From an uncultured bacterium (GTDB lineage: Bacteria > CAYUVA01), in assembly GCA_964448115.1 (NCBI GenBank), contig CAYUVA010000002.1, positions 1-64,000 on the forward strand: a stretch of 64,000 nt of DNA, written 5' to 3'. The position numbers were made by a program, and so were the translations under genes. The notes beneath the pieces were generated by a model, which worked only from the letters and a program-made list of their open reading frames with translations, had not been told where the DNA came from and searched no databases. Below, piece by piece: positions 49,901 through 58,965 of this stretch. Position 1 is the first letter of the stretch, and each line of letters opens with the position of its first letter.

Positions 49901-50163
49901 GTTGGATCCATGAGCTTCAGGTTATCAATGTAAACATCCCCTCGTGGTCGAATGAGCCTTATGCCCACCCTCCCTGCGCTCAGCTCGGCATAGTCAACAC
50001 TCGTAATCTCCCTGCCGTTGATGGAGAATATGTAGTCATTTCCCCTGCATTCGAGGGAGATATGCATCCTATAGTCGGTGAGATAACCCAAGAGGTGGTA
50101 CGAGATCAGATTTAGCAGGATGATCGGAATGATGAACGCAGCTAGCCGCTTAGCCAATTTCAT
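46987..50163 (-). CDS. GT-C glycosyltransferase with an N-terminal lectin-like domain and C-terminal NHL beta-propeller
   Basis: 'HVQD..S.L.QARIFA.G', 'GPRFWYE', many TMs; repeated PxGIA...YVADT.N.RI.KF. Confidence 0.8.
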   Translation of the reverse strand: MKLAKRLAAFIIPIILLNLISYHLLGYLTDYRMHISLECRGNDYIFSINGREITSVDYAELSAGRVGIRLIRPRGDVYIDNLKLMDPTSHDVIIHDRFNTLDDSLWEVRSGAWKAKDGRLYVQRGGELLTRRRDFNDYAMELDILGWAQIQLIAKTDGYKGLLAQVNPDKDVCWYRFQGRELGLPRNCKNYDARLNTIIRDLARIVLETYRNSIRLVIFIVLPLAGASLLLGLIGLFLPRGLITALVPASLRDLVQGVNGFLKRAYSSRIFGSIYMIALFLAAFVILGLVADKIYDRVPHVQDSISTLHQARIFAKGKLWAPAPPLHGSFDFEMIVNRDGKWYSKYQWVQPFLLMFGVWLGIPWLVTPFVSAVGLMFIFLIAQELYGRTLGIFASLLTLSSPFYIFMGASFMQHPACMTFLCIFIYLIIIARRRRRILYAVLAGIALGFAANARALSSLGASFPFMALFFYDLIKHDLRRNLKIYLAFLLAILPLLACTFLYNYLLTGDFILFPLQAYSAADHLGFGEGVGWLGGHSPIKGLDNILKNLQNLIEFLFGWNEYMTLAFLLIPFITLSRNRWDYIFLGIWFFLAAGYFFWWYHGICYGPRFWYEAMPAYTILTIRGAWRIGEIYSSICKPIRGGSRRFKPPILPWLAIAIALILIAGNVRHNLKSYLFVKMRSVYKNYNGITTHTLEQVKRMGIENAIIFIAFSHIWQDWGSVFVGNDPWLTNDVLYAYDRGAEQNKKVMELFPGRNYYMWKRGQVTPYRPQEPKQQEPSFDEVPFIPGAKVNIYRGGKGRRLGNFSEPRDIDTAPDGTILVADFRNYRIQKAKPDGTPITAWGTRGNKDKNFNDPCGIAISDDYFIYVADTFNGKVKKFDFNGTLIASWEGFYAPRGITVGNDGFIYVADTENNRIRKFDADGKQIIDFGQEQLKRPIGIAQGIDGNIYVCSTKTKQVIVFDSQGKLVRQWDLEGGDELDYGESYLDVDAQGNVWVSAPKDHKVQKFTSNGELIFEFGRRGVAHGQFNVPTGIALHNGYLYVTDTWNHRIQRFELSSLK

Positions 50164-50314
50164 GCTGACAAAGATATAACCTAAGACTAAAAAGTACAAG
50201 GGATATAATTAAGGCAATGCCTTTGAGGATATTTTACTAAAGAGATATTGTATCTTAGGCTGTCCTTTAGAATTGATCTATCCTTTGATTATCGCTAAAC
50301 ATGAAGCGATGGCC

Positions 50315-51637
50315 ATGCGGTTAAGGACTTTTTACATCAAGACCTTCGGGTGCCAGATGAATATGCACGACTCTGAACGGATGCGCGGACTGCTTTCATC
50401 CCATGGACTCATGGAGGCGCAGAACTACCAGGAAGCAGATGTCGTGCTGATAAACACCTGCAGCGTGCGTGGAAAATCGGAGCACAAGGTCTATAGCGAA
50501 CTGGGCAACCTTTGTGCAATGAAAAAGAACCAGCCAGGGAAGGTCCTCGGCGTCTGCGGATGCGTGGCACAGGCTGAGCAAAACAAGCTGCTTGAACGCT
50601 TCCCCAAGCTAGACCTTGTAATCGGAACCAAAGGGATACCAAACCTGATCGAGCTTATCGAGCAAGCAGCCAACAATGGTCGACGGGCGGCATTCACCCC
50701 GCTACAAGGGAGCAATACCCTGGTGCCAGCAGACACCGTTGCCAGGTATAACCCGGTGGTCTCCTGGGTAACCATCATGGAGGGCTGCGACAACTACTGC
50801 TCCTACTGCATCGTTCCTTATGTAAGGGGACGCGAGACGAGCCGGACCATGGATGATATTATCGCCGAGGTAAGATGGCTCGCCTCAAACGGATACAAGG
50901 AGGTCGATCTGCTAGGGCAGAATGTCAACTCTTACGGCAACGACCTTGGCGAGCATGGCGTATCCTTCGCTGAGTTGCTAGAGCGACTTAACCAGGTAGA
51001 AGGCATCCTGCGCATCCGCTTTTTCACCTCCCACCCCAAGGACCTAAGCGAGGAACTTGCTCGGGCGATGGCTAGATGCGATAAGGTTTGCAACCAGTTG
51101 CACCTACCGGCACAGGCAGGCTCGACATCGGTGCTTGAGGCGATGAAGCGCGGTTATACCAGGGAGGATTACCTTGAGAAAATAAGGATGCTGCGCGAGA
51201 TCATACCCGGTATATCGCTCTCCTCGGACTTCATAGTCGGCTTTCCCGGCGAGAGCGACCATGACTTTCAGCAGACGCTGAGCCTCGTTGAGGAAGTTGA
51301 TTATGATTATATTTACGCATTTGTTTACTCACCTCGTCCAGGGACCGCCGCTGCCCGGCTTGATGATGATGTCCCTGCTGATATCAAGCGAAAAAGAATA
51401 ATAAAGCTCCTGGAGCTGCAAAAACGAAGGAATATAGCAGCTCACAACCGCCTGGTAGGTACTATCCAGGAGGTCCTGGTCAACGGCTTCAGCAAGAAGG
51501 GCAAGGACAAGTACTGCGGAAGGACGGCTGGCAACCTGAGCGTCAATATCATCGATAAGGTGAATATCGGCGACCTGGTGCAGGTACGAATCATCGAAGC
51601 AACTCCTAATTCCCTCATCGCAACCACCAGGCTCTAG
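50315..51637 (+). CDS. miaB: tRNA-2-methylthio-N6-dimethylallyladenosine synthase MiaB
   Basis: TFGCQMN, NTCSVR, GCDNYCSYC, TRAM domain. Confidence 0.97.
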   Translation: MRLRTFYIKTFGCQMNMHDSERMRGLLSSHGLMEAQNYQEADVVLINTCSVRGKSEHKVYSELGNLCAMKKNQPGKVLGVCGCVAQAEQNKLLERFPKLDLVIGTKGIPNLIELIEQAANNGRRAAFTPLQGSNTLVPADTVARYNPVVSWVTIMEGCDNYCSYCIVPYVRGRETSRTMDDIIAEVRWLASNGYKEVDLLGQNVNSYGNDLGEHGVSFAELLERLNQVEGILRIRFFTSHPKDLSEELARAMARCDKVCNQLHLPAQAGSTSVLEAMKRGYTREDYLEKIRMLREIIPGISLSSDFIVGFPGESDHDFQQTLSLVEEVDYDYIYAFVYSPRPGTAAARLDDDVPADIKRKRIIKLLELQKRRNIAAHNRLVGTIQEVLVNGFSKKGKDKYCGRTAGNLSVNIIDKVNIGDLVQVRIIEATPNSLIATTRL

Positions 51638-51641
51638 GGAA

Positions 51642-53522
51642 ATGCTTACCGAGGGGAATAAGTGTGCCAGGTGGTTGCTATCCGCGCTTTTGACTGCCCT
51701 TAGCATTGAGCTTTATCTCGTATTGCTTCTCGCTACCGTTCTTGTTCTATCAGGGGCATATCCCCATCTGTCTGTTCAAGATTTTCTTTTATCGATCCTG
51801 GTAATCTTCAAAGTATTTATGATCCCCGCATGGTTATGCTTTATTATCGCATTACTTGCAATCTCCATATTCTGCTGGCTGCGTGGCATCGAAATCAACA
51901 TTGCAAAGTACAAAATTACAGGCTTCGGCTTGTTTGCCTTTTTTTATCTCATCGGAACCATCTATCTCTCCGCATCGGTGGCAGGGGTCAACTATCCTAG
52001 CATCACAAGCCTTGTCATAGTATTTGGGATCTGGACCGTCCTCGCCCTTATCACCATCATAGGGGGCGATAGAAGGCTCATAGTATCTGCGCTGGTAGTG
52101 ATATGCCTGCTTTGGCTGGGAGGCTTGTGCATCCAATTTGTTGGAGTAAAAAACCGACCCAATAATACGACCGACCTGATCGGAACAAGCGATGCTATTT
52201 TCAGCGATCCAGTCATCTCGACCAATGTCATTCTGGCAGGGATAGATGGTGGCACCTGGAAGATCATCCTGCCCATGGCTAGGATGGGGCGCTTGCCAGT
52301 CATGGAGCTGCTGATGCACAAGGGAAGCTATGGTGTGCTAGAGAGCATCGAGCCGATGGAGTCCCCCAGGATATGGAACAGCATAGCCACCGGTTTAACC
52401 CCTCAAGATCACGGAATCATGGACTTCATGGTCTATCGCATACCGGGGACGAGCAAGTTTATTCGCAATTTTCCACCGCTTTTAAGCATAGTCGAGGCGA
52501 GCTATGCATTCCCAGCCATGCCGGCGACCAGCGAGATGAGAAAAGCCCATGCGCTTTGGGACATCGCATCAGCCGCAGGGATAAGCTGTGGGGTAGTTGG
52601 GTGGTGGGCGACCTGGCCGGCAAGCAAAATAAATGGATTCATGGTATCAGACCGCATCATCTACTCTCGGTTCAATATGATGGAAGCCGGCGAAGAGCTT
52701 AATATGGGACAGACATATCCCCCTGCTCTCTTCGATGACCTCAAGGATAGCCTGTTTACTCCCCTTGAAGTTGCCAGCCACAAGGCTAGGGAATTTCTTT
52801 CTGATATCAAAACGGCAGACCTCGATCTAAGCACAAGTTCAATGCATCCCCAGACGCAGTTCCTCATCGGGCTTGCTGGAATGGAGACATACCACCGCAT
52901 CGGAAATGAGCTTTACCGTCGCTTCAAACCCCGTCTTTTTTGTATCTACTACGAGGGAATAGATAGCGTGAGCCACTTCTTCTACCGCCAGTATGATCCT
53001 TCTAGCTTTGGCAACAAACCGGGCGAGTTTACCAGGGAGCAAAGGCTGCTTATCCCGCGCTACTATGCATACCAGGATGCTATACTGGACGAGTTATTGG
53101 AAGCGATAGCGCCTAATACAGCAGTTATCCTGTGTAGCGATCACGGCTTCCAGCCAGCCAATCCCCAGGCTGATACTTACTTTTTATTCAGGCGATTTCC
53201 CACCCACTCAGGATTGCACCATCCTTATGGCTTTTTTATCGCCGCCGATACAGGAGACATACTTAAAGATGACCAAATCGTCCACGGTGCAAGCATCTAT
53301 GATATACCGGTAACCGTATTATACCTATTGGGCATCCCTCCTGCTGAGGATATGCCGGGTCGGTTACTAAGGGAGGCGATCAGCGCAGAATATCTCGATA
53401 AACATCCACTAAGCCGAATAGCTAGCTACGGCAGGAGGCAAGCGATAATCGACCTCCCCCAGCCAAGCCTTGCGGATGATCAAATCAGAGAACGCCTCAA
53501 GGGGCTAGGTTACCTTAAGTAA
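51642..53522 (+). CDS. Membrane-anchored alkaline-phosphatase-superfamily phosphodiesterase
   Basis: N-terminal TMs; GIDG, SPRIWNSIATG, SDHGF, terminal LKGLGYL. Confidence 0.85.
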   Translation: MLTEGNKCARWLLSALLTALSIELYLVLLLATVLVLSGAYPHLSVQDFLLSILVIFKVFMIPAWLCFIIALLAISIFCWLRGIEINIAKYKITGFGLFAFFYLIGTIYLSASVAGVNYPSITSLVIVFGIWTVLALITIIGGDRRLIVSALVVICLLWLGGLCIQFVGVKNRPNNTTDLIGTSDAIFSDPVISTNVILAGIDGGTWKIILPMARMGRLPVMELLMHKGSYGVLESIEPMESPRIWNSIATGLTPQDHGIMDFMVYRIPGTSKFIRNFPPLLSIVEASYAFPAMPATSEMRKAHALWDIASAAGISCGVVGWWATWPASKINGFMVSDRIIYSRFNMMEAGEELNMGQTYPPALFDDLKDSLFTPLEVASHKAREFLSDIKTADLDLSTSSMHPQTQFLIGLAGMETYHRIGNELYRRFKPRLFCIYYEGIDSVSHFFYRQYDPSSFGNKPGEFTREQRLLIPRYYAYQDAILDELLEAIAPNTAVILCSDHGFQPANPQADTYFLFRRFPTHSGLHHPYGFFIAADTGDILKDDQIVHGASIYDIPVTVLYLLGIPPAEDMPGRLLREAISAEYLDKHPLSRIASYGRRQAIIDLPQPSLADDQIRERLKGLGYLK

Positions 53523-53567
53523 TAAGCATGGAGTAGCGCTCCTTAACCACCTATTTTTTTCTTTGAG

Positions 53568-53624
53568 TTCTTTGCGTCTTTGCGTGAGATTCCTTTCCTC
53601 CCTCACGCCTCATACCTCACGCCT
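53568..53624 (-). repeat. Dispersed intergenic repeat, copy B, plus a 7-nt-period CCTCACG tract
   Basis: Matches 4131-4158 and 19619-19637; CCTCACG CCTCATA CCTCACG. Confidence 0.75.
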
Positions 53625-53637
53625 ATTACGAGTATGC

Positions 53638-54975
53638 TCAGAAGGTGGATGCGCCGGTTATGTTGAAGTTCTCCACTCTGATTATGGGGACATAGAACTT
53701 GAAGAATCCCTCTGCTTGAACCACCTGTTCCTTGCTCAGCATGGTGGTATTCTTCAGGGCTTCGAGGATATTCTGATTGAAGCGCAGGTTCTTGAGTGCA
53801 GCAGTTATTCTGCCATTCTCGATCAGGAATGTGCCATCGCGGGTCATGCCGGTTATGATCGTCTTTTTGAAATCGACCACCTGGTTGTACCAGAAGCGGG
53901 TTACCAGAATGCCTTTATCGACCGAGGAGATCATCTCCTCGTAGTTAGAATCGCCGCCAGTCATGACTATATCCATTGGAAATGGTCCCTCAGCGCCACC
54001 GCCAGGTATTGCATGTCCGGTATTTTTGGTTTTTGCCTTGCGTGAATAGTAGCTATCCCAGACCGGACCTCCTGCCACGCCCTTGTTTATTAACTCCACT
54101 CGCTGCTTGGGGTATCCCTCGAAATCGAACGGCATCCCTTTCAGCGCTGGATGGGAGAAGTCCTCGATGAGGCTGATCTTCTCATTGGCGACCATTTTGC
54201 CTAGAGAATCTGCCAGAAAAGACCTTTTCTCATAGAATGCTGCTCCGCCGAAGCCGATCCATATAAGATACAATAGCATATTGGAGGTTGCTCCCGGCTC
54301 AAGAATCACGGTATATTTCCCCGGCTCCAAGGGTTTGGCATCGCAGTTCATCACCGCCTTATTTACGGCAGTAGCGGTAAGCGTAGGAATATCAATCTCA
54401 TCAATATCGAGCGAGTAGGCATTTCCATAGCCGGTGCCTGCTGGCTTCATGGCGGTTACGCTGAAGTTGGCTGCCGTGTAATGGTAATAGGACTCTACAC
54501 CCAGCGTATTGGCAACTGCGATGATGCTTTCCTCATTTGACAAAATCCCTGCCAGTTTTGCGTCCTTCCCGGCTGCGATCTCGACCGCATGTTTGACCTT
54601 TTGCGCTCTATCGGCGGCGGTAAGATTGGCGGTTGACTTTACATAGACCTCGGCATCGAAGTTACGGACTTTTTCGGGGAGGCTGTGGAAATCGGGATCC
54701 TCCGGCTGGTTCTTGGTCATCTGGACAGCATCCTGGACGAACTGCTTGAGTCTATCCTTGTGCAGGTCGTTAGTATTAGAGACCAGCACCTTCTTGCCAA
54801 TAACGGTCCTGAGGACTAGCTGTGCATTGTCGGTAGCTACATTTTGATGGATTATGCTATTGGCAAACCTGGTCAGGTACTCCTTGCCAGAGAATATGAC
54901 CGCCTCGGTCTGATCTGCCGTAGAAAATGAGAAGATATTCTTGAAGACATCCTTGATCTGTTTTTTATCAATCAT
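53638..54975 (-). CDS. pmbA: TldE/PmbA family protein
   Basis: TRFANS.IHQN, FDFEG.P, TGMTRDG; no HExxH; paired with tldD. Confidence 0.85.
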   Translation of the reverse strand: MIDKKQIKDVFKNIFSFSTADQTEAVIFSGKEYLTRFANSIIHQNVATDNAQLVLRTVIGKKVLVSNTNDLHKDRLKQFVQDAVQMTKNQPEDPDFHSLPEKVRNFDAEVYVKSTANLTAADRAQKVKHAVEIAAGKDAKLAGILSNEESIIAVANTLGVESYYHYTAANFSVTAMKPAGTGYGNAYSLDIDEIDIPTLTATAVNKAVMNCDAKPLEPGKYTVILEPGATSNMLLYLIWIGFGGAAFYEKRSFLADSLGKMVANEKISLIEDFSHPALKGMPFDFEGYPKQRVELINKGVAGGPVWDSYYSRKAKTKNTGHAIPGGGAEGPFPMDIVMTGGDSNYEEMISSVDKGILVTRFWYNQVVDFKKTIITGMTRDGTFLIENGRITAALKNLRFNQNILEALKNTTMLSKEQVVQAEGFFKFYVPIIRVENFNITGASTF

Positions 54976-56425
54976 ATCCAACTCCTACTTGAATATTCCT
55001 GAACCTTGCCGGCGAAGTTCCGTGTGCTACCCGCATGGTCTGGGAAGGTTGTCCCTTACCGCAGTTAGGCAATCCCCAAACCTTCCAGTGATCCTTGTTC
55101 GCCACTCCATCGCAGCTATTCCAGAACTGGATGGTGATGCCAGTGTATTGTGGATTCTTTATCATATTACCTATTTTGCCGTTTTTTAACTCCCAGCCGA
55201 TCTCACAGCCAAACTGGAAGTTAGCGCGATAGTGGTCAATGCTCCAGGTTTTATTTACCTCCATATAGATTCCATCATCGATTCCCTCGATTAACTCCTG
55301 GAAGCTATGCTCTCCTGGAGCAAGGTTGATATTGGTCATCCTGATTATGGGTATCCTCGACCATCCATCTGCTCTCATGGTGCCATTGGATGTCTTTCCT
55401 AGCAGTCCGGCGGTCTCCCTGGAGGTCAACGGTTCGATCAGGATGCCGTTTTTGACTATGTCGAATCGCTGTGCCGGCACCCCCTCGTCATCGTAGCCGA
55501 AGGTAGCAAGGGCATGGGGAATAGTAGCATCAGCATAGATGGTTACATGCTCGGAGCCATATTTTAGCTTGCCGAAGTCCTCTATGCGCATGAAGCTCTC
55601 CCCGGCGTAATTAGCCTCATAGCCTAATATGCGGTCGAACTCGGCAGGGTGTCCGCAGGACTCGTGAACCTGGAGCACCATCTGGGTAGCATCCAGCACG
55701 ATATCCTTTCTGCCACTAGGGCATTGTTTTGCTGTCAAAAGCTGATGCGCCTCGCTTGCGATGCGGGGTGCGTGTTCAATCAGGTTAAGCTGATCGATCA
55801 GCTCATATCCCCTGCACTCGTAATGCTCTCCAAAGGAGCAAGGGTAGGAGCGCGTCTGGAAGTCGTTATTGCCGATAGCGCTAGCCACCATTCCATGTCC
55901 GCTATCAAGGATGACCTGATCGATATGGCTCCCTTCTGTATTGACGAATAGTTGATGCTTGCGGTGGAACTCCATGGATACCTGGGTCAACTGTACTTGG
56001 TCCTTCTTCTCGGTGAGTTTGCTATCGATCCTTTTCAGCACGGCTATCTTGTCATCAGCGGGAACCTCGAAGGGATCGATATCGAATGGTGAATGGTAAG
56101 AATCATTCACCACCGGCGCCTCAGTGAGCTGCACAGGCTTGGTTCGCACCTTGGCAGATGCCTCTGCGATCTCAACCGCCAACTTGGCAGTAGCATGAAC
56201 CGAGTCCGGATCCATAAGTGATGAGCTGGCGAAGCCCCAGGCTCCATTCTTAAGCACCCTCAAGCCATAGCCATAACTTACAGTATTACTGAATTTACGC
56301 AATACCCCGTTTTTTACCATCAGTTTCTGGAATCGTTCCTCTATGATGCGAATATCGGCGTATTCTGCCTTGAGGAACTTTGTGGTATCAAGGGCTTTTT
56401 GTGCTAGTATATCCCAGTCCAACAA
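54968..56425 (-). CDS. tldD: TldD family metalloprotease
   Basis: HESCGH zinc motif, DDEG, RMTN, CGKGQP. Confidence 0.93.
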   Translation of the reverse strand: MLDWDILAQKALDTTKFLKAEYADIRIIEERFQKLMVKNGVLRKFSNTVSYGYGLRVLKNGAWGFASSSLMDPDSVHATAKLAVEIAEASAKVRTKPVQLTEAPVVNDSYHSPFDIDPFEVPADDKIAVLKRIDSKLTEKKDQVQLTQVSMEFHRKHQLFVNTEGSHIDQVILDSGHGMVASAIGNNDFQTRSYPCSFGEHYECRGYELIDQLNLIEHAPRIASEAHQLLTAKQCPSGRKDIVLDATQMVLQVHESCGHPAEFDRILGYEANYAGESFMRIEDFGKLKYGSEHVTIYADATIPHALATFGYDDEGVPAQRFDIVKNGILIEPLTSRETAGLLGKTSNGTMRADGWSRIPIIRMTNINLAPGEHSFQELIEGIDDGIYMEVNKTWSIDHYRANFQFGCEIGWELKNGKIGNMIKNPQYTGITIQFWNSCDGVANKDHWKVWGLPNCGKGQPSQTMRVAHGTSPARFRNIQVGVGYD

Positions 56426-56488
56426 TTTTATCCTCGCTTTCCAGGGGGATTGTTCATTTTACGGTTCGAGCTTCAACATTGCGAATGC

Positions 56489-56517
56489 ATAATAATTACC
56501 ACAGGTTCTTTTGTCAA
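56489..56517 (-). promoter_or_regulatory. Sigma70-type promoter of tldD-pmbA
   Basis: TTGACA-17 nt-TATTAT. Confidence 0.55.
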
Positions 56518-56664
56518 TGAAAAGGCTTAGAATTAAGCATAACCTTATTTTATTGTTGGTTTTGTTTTTTATTTTACGAGTGTCAAATAAATTTTCCCCC
56601 AAAAGTCGCTGATTTATCGGGATGCCTTGGTTATTTAAATACCCTCCCACCTCAAGCCTCAAAC

Positions 56665-57366
56665 CTATTCTCTCCACTCATCGCTGTAGAGCTTGCCGTC
56701 CCTTAGTAGAACCAAGCGCCTTGCACGCTGCATGATCATCTCGTCATGGGTGGAGAACACGAATGTCATCCCGCGTTTCTCGTTAAGTTCCCTCATCATA
56801 TCCAGCAACGCGCTGCCGGTTGCCGAGTCGAGGTTAGCGGTCGGCTCATCGGCAAGGATAATGTCCGGTTGCGATGCCATAGCTCTTACTATGGCGACCC
56901 GCTGTTGCTGTCCCCCGGAAAGCTCCGGCGGTCTCCTGTTCTCCAAGCCTCGCATTCCAACATCCTCCAAAAGTTCCAGTATCCTTTTCTTACGCTCCCT
57001 CGAGGGGATGCCCTGAAGCAGCATGATATACTCAGCGTTCTCCATAACACTGAGCACCGGGATCAGATTGTAAGCCTGGAAGATGAATCCAATATGATCC
57101 CTGCGGTAATCGCTAAGCTCCCTGCCGGACATCTCGCTTATGGCTTTGCCAGCCAGATAAACCTTGCCCGATGTCGGATAATCCAAACCGCTGATCAGGT
57201 TGAGCAGGGTCGATTTCCCAGAGCCGGATGGACCGGCAATGGCGGTGAACTCCCCTTTGTCAATAGCAAGACTCACATCATCCAGCGCTTGAACCTCTAC
57301 CTTGCCGGTCTGATAGACCTTTGAGCATCTCTCCATCCTGATGACTGTCTTTATATCCTCGCTCAT
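56665..57366 (-). CDS. ABC transporter ATP-binding protein (LolD/MacB-like)
   Basis: GPSGSGKS, LSGGQQQR, ADEPTANLD. Confidence 0.93.
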   Translation of the reverse strand: MSEDIKTVIRMERCSKVYQTGKVEVQALDDVSLAIDKGEFTAIAGPSGSGKSTLLNLISGLDYPTSGKVYLAGKAISEMSGRELSDYRRDHIGFIFQAYNLIPVLSVMENAEYIMLLQGIPSRERKKRILELLEDVGMRGLENRRPPELSGGQQQRVAIVRAMASQPDIILADEPTANLDSATGSALLDMMRELNEKRGMTFVFSTHDEMIMQRARRLVLLRDGKLYSDEWRE

Positions 57367-57378
57367 AATTTATTGCCT

Positions 57379-58605
57379 CTACATGCTCCTTCTCATCGCC
57401 CGAGCCGGCGTTATCTTGGCTGCGAATATAGCCGGGTAAAGGGCAATGATGATGGTGAATAAAAACAGGTATATAGGATACTTGATGAATTGATATGCCA
57501 TGAGAACAGGCTTTATCGGCTCTCTGAAGGTTACCCCGGCGAACTCCAATCCAGAGTAATCAATTCCATAAGCACCGATTAGCCCAGTAACTACAGCGCC
57601 TACGATATTGCCAATAATGATGCTAAGCATCGCAAGCACCGCCGCCTCAAAAAGTACTAAAAGCGCCATGCGATAAGCCCTGGTGCCGACCGCCCTTAGC
57701 ACACCGAACTCGAACATGCGCTCATAGAGCGACATGAATAGTGTGTTCATGATACCTAATGAGACCACAGCAAAAAGAATAAACGAGGTAATGAATATGG
57801 AAAACTGCGACATCTGCAATATTGCCTCCAGTTGTGTCATGATATCGTTCCATCCCAATGCCACATTGCCATTCTTCGAGTATTTCTTCCAGAAGGTAAG
57901 ATTTCTATCTCCCGATAGCTCTATATCGCTGAATTGAAGGGCTATCTCGTGGAATCCATCATCCAGATTGAGCATCTTTTGAGCTTTTTCGATGGGGATA
58001 AAAGCCATGCCACCATCCATCTCGCGCACATTGAAGGCAAAGATACCTCCGATGCGGAACATCTCCTGAGTCAGCTCGCCAGTGTATATCTGGGCGCTGG
58101 TTATCACTATCTTATCACCGATATCTACCTCCAGCAGATCAGCAAGTTTCCTGCCGATGATTATCTTGCGATGGTCGTTATTAGCCAGATACTTGCCCAT
58201 GATTATCGCCTCATCGAGCTTGGAGACCTCTGCCTCCTTGATAGGATCGATGCCATATAGAAGTATCGAGCTGACATTTTCTGCCGAGGAGATCATTGCA
58301 AAACAGATGCTGCGCGGGGAGTAACTGGAGATAATGTTCTCAGTATCCAGCTCTTCTAATACCTGCTTACCATTGGCGATGATTTTTTCCACTTCATAGG
58401 TATCTGTGAAGCCCTGGTAGTGTATTTGTCCTTGTCCTAGGAAGGTCGAAGTAACCGTGCTAATCATGTTCTCTCCCATGCCTATTATCAAAGCATCGAC
58501 AAAGATTAGCGCAGCCAGTCCGAGACCTATGGCAAGGCAGGCGAGGATGGTTCTCCGCTTATTGCGCAGGGTGTTTCTTAACGCTAGTTTAATCAGCAAC
58601 AGCAA
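57379..58605 (-). CDS. ABC transporter permease (FtsX/LolC/E-like)
   Basis: RNTLRNKRRT, MSLYERMFEFGVLRAVG, YPA..AAK..P..A. Confidence 0.9.
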   Translation of the reverse strand: MLLLIKLALRNTLRNKRRTILACLAIGLGLAALIFVDALIIGMGENMISTVTSTFLGQGQIHYQGFTDTYEVEKIIANGKQVLEELDTENIISSYSPRSICFAMISSAENVSSILLYGIDPIKEAEVSKLDEAIIMGKYLANNDHRKIIIGRKLADLLEVDIGDKIVITSAQIYTGELTQEMFRIGGIFAFNVREMDGGMAFIPIEKAQKMLNLDDGFHEIALQFSDIELSGDRNLTFWKKYSKNGNVALGWNDIMTQLEAILQMSQFSIFITSFILFAVVSLGIMNTLFMSLYERMFEFGVLRAVGTRAYRMALLVLFEAAVLAMLSIIIGNIVGAVVTGLIGAYGIDYSGLEFAGVTFREPIKPVLMAYQFIKYPIYLFLFTIIIALYPAIFAAKITPARAMRRSM

Positions 58606-58680
58606 TCGTCAACCACTATCGATTAGGATTGAACTCCCCATCCCTATGATAGAGAAAAATCCTGTCCCCTCCCCCTATAT

Positions 58681-58834
58681 GAGTTTGTCTCAAAATGTCC
58701 AAGAAGTCCCATACCATGTCATTGCGAGCAAAGCGAAGCAATCTCTATCTTATTGATTATAAAGAAGATTGCTTCGTCGTCCCGACTTGCCGGGACTCCT
58801 CGCAATGACATGTTGGGGGTTTTGAGACAGACTC
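58681..58834. mobile_element. 154-bp MITE/REP-like palindromic element
   Basis: TIRs GAGTTTGTCTCAAAA / TTTTGAGACAGACTC (14/15); flanking TATAT direct repeats; internal inverted pairs CATGTCATTGCGAG/CTCGCAATGACATG and CGAAGCAATCT/AGATTGCTTCG. Confidence 0.75.
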
Positions 58835-58965
58835 TATATTGGACGAAGGAAAAGCTAACCATTCTATATGATATCTGCGACTAATTTTTCTGTGGCTTGG
58901 AACATGTAATTCTCAATTCAAGATTACTATGTTATATTAACAACACTGCCGATCACTTATACAAT

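Noticed and set aside
53638-56425. RiPP cluster around tldD/pmbA
   Set aside because: No precursor peptide, YcaO or other maturase is adjacent.
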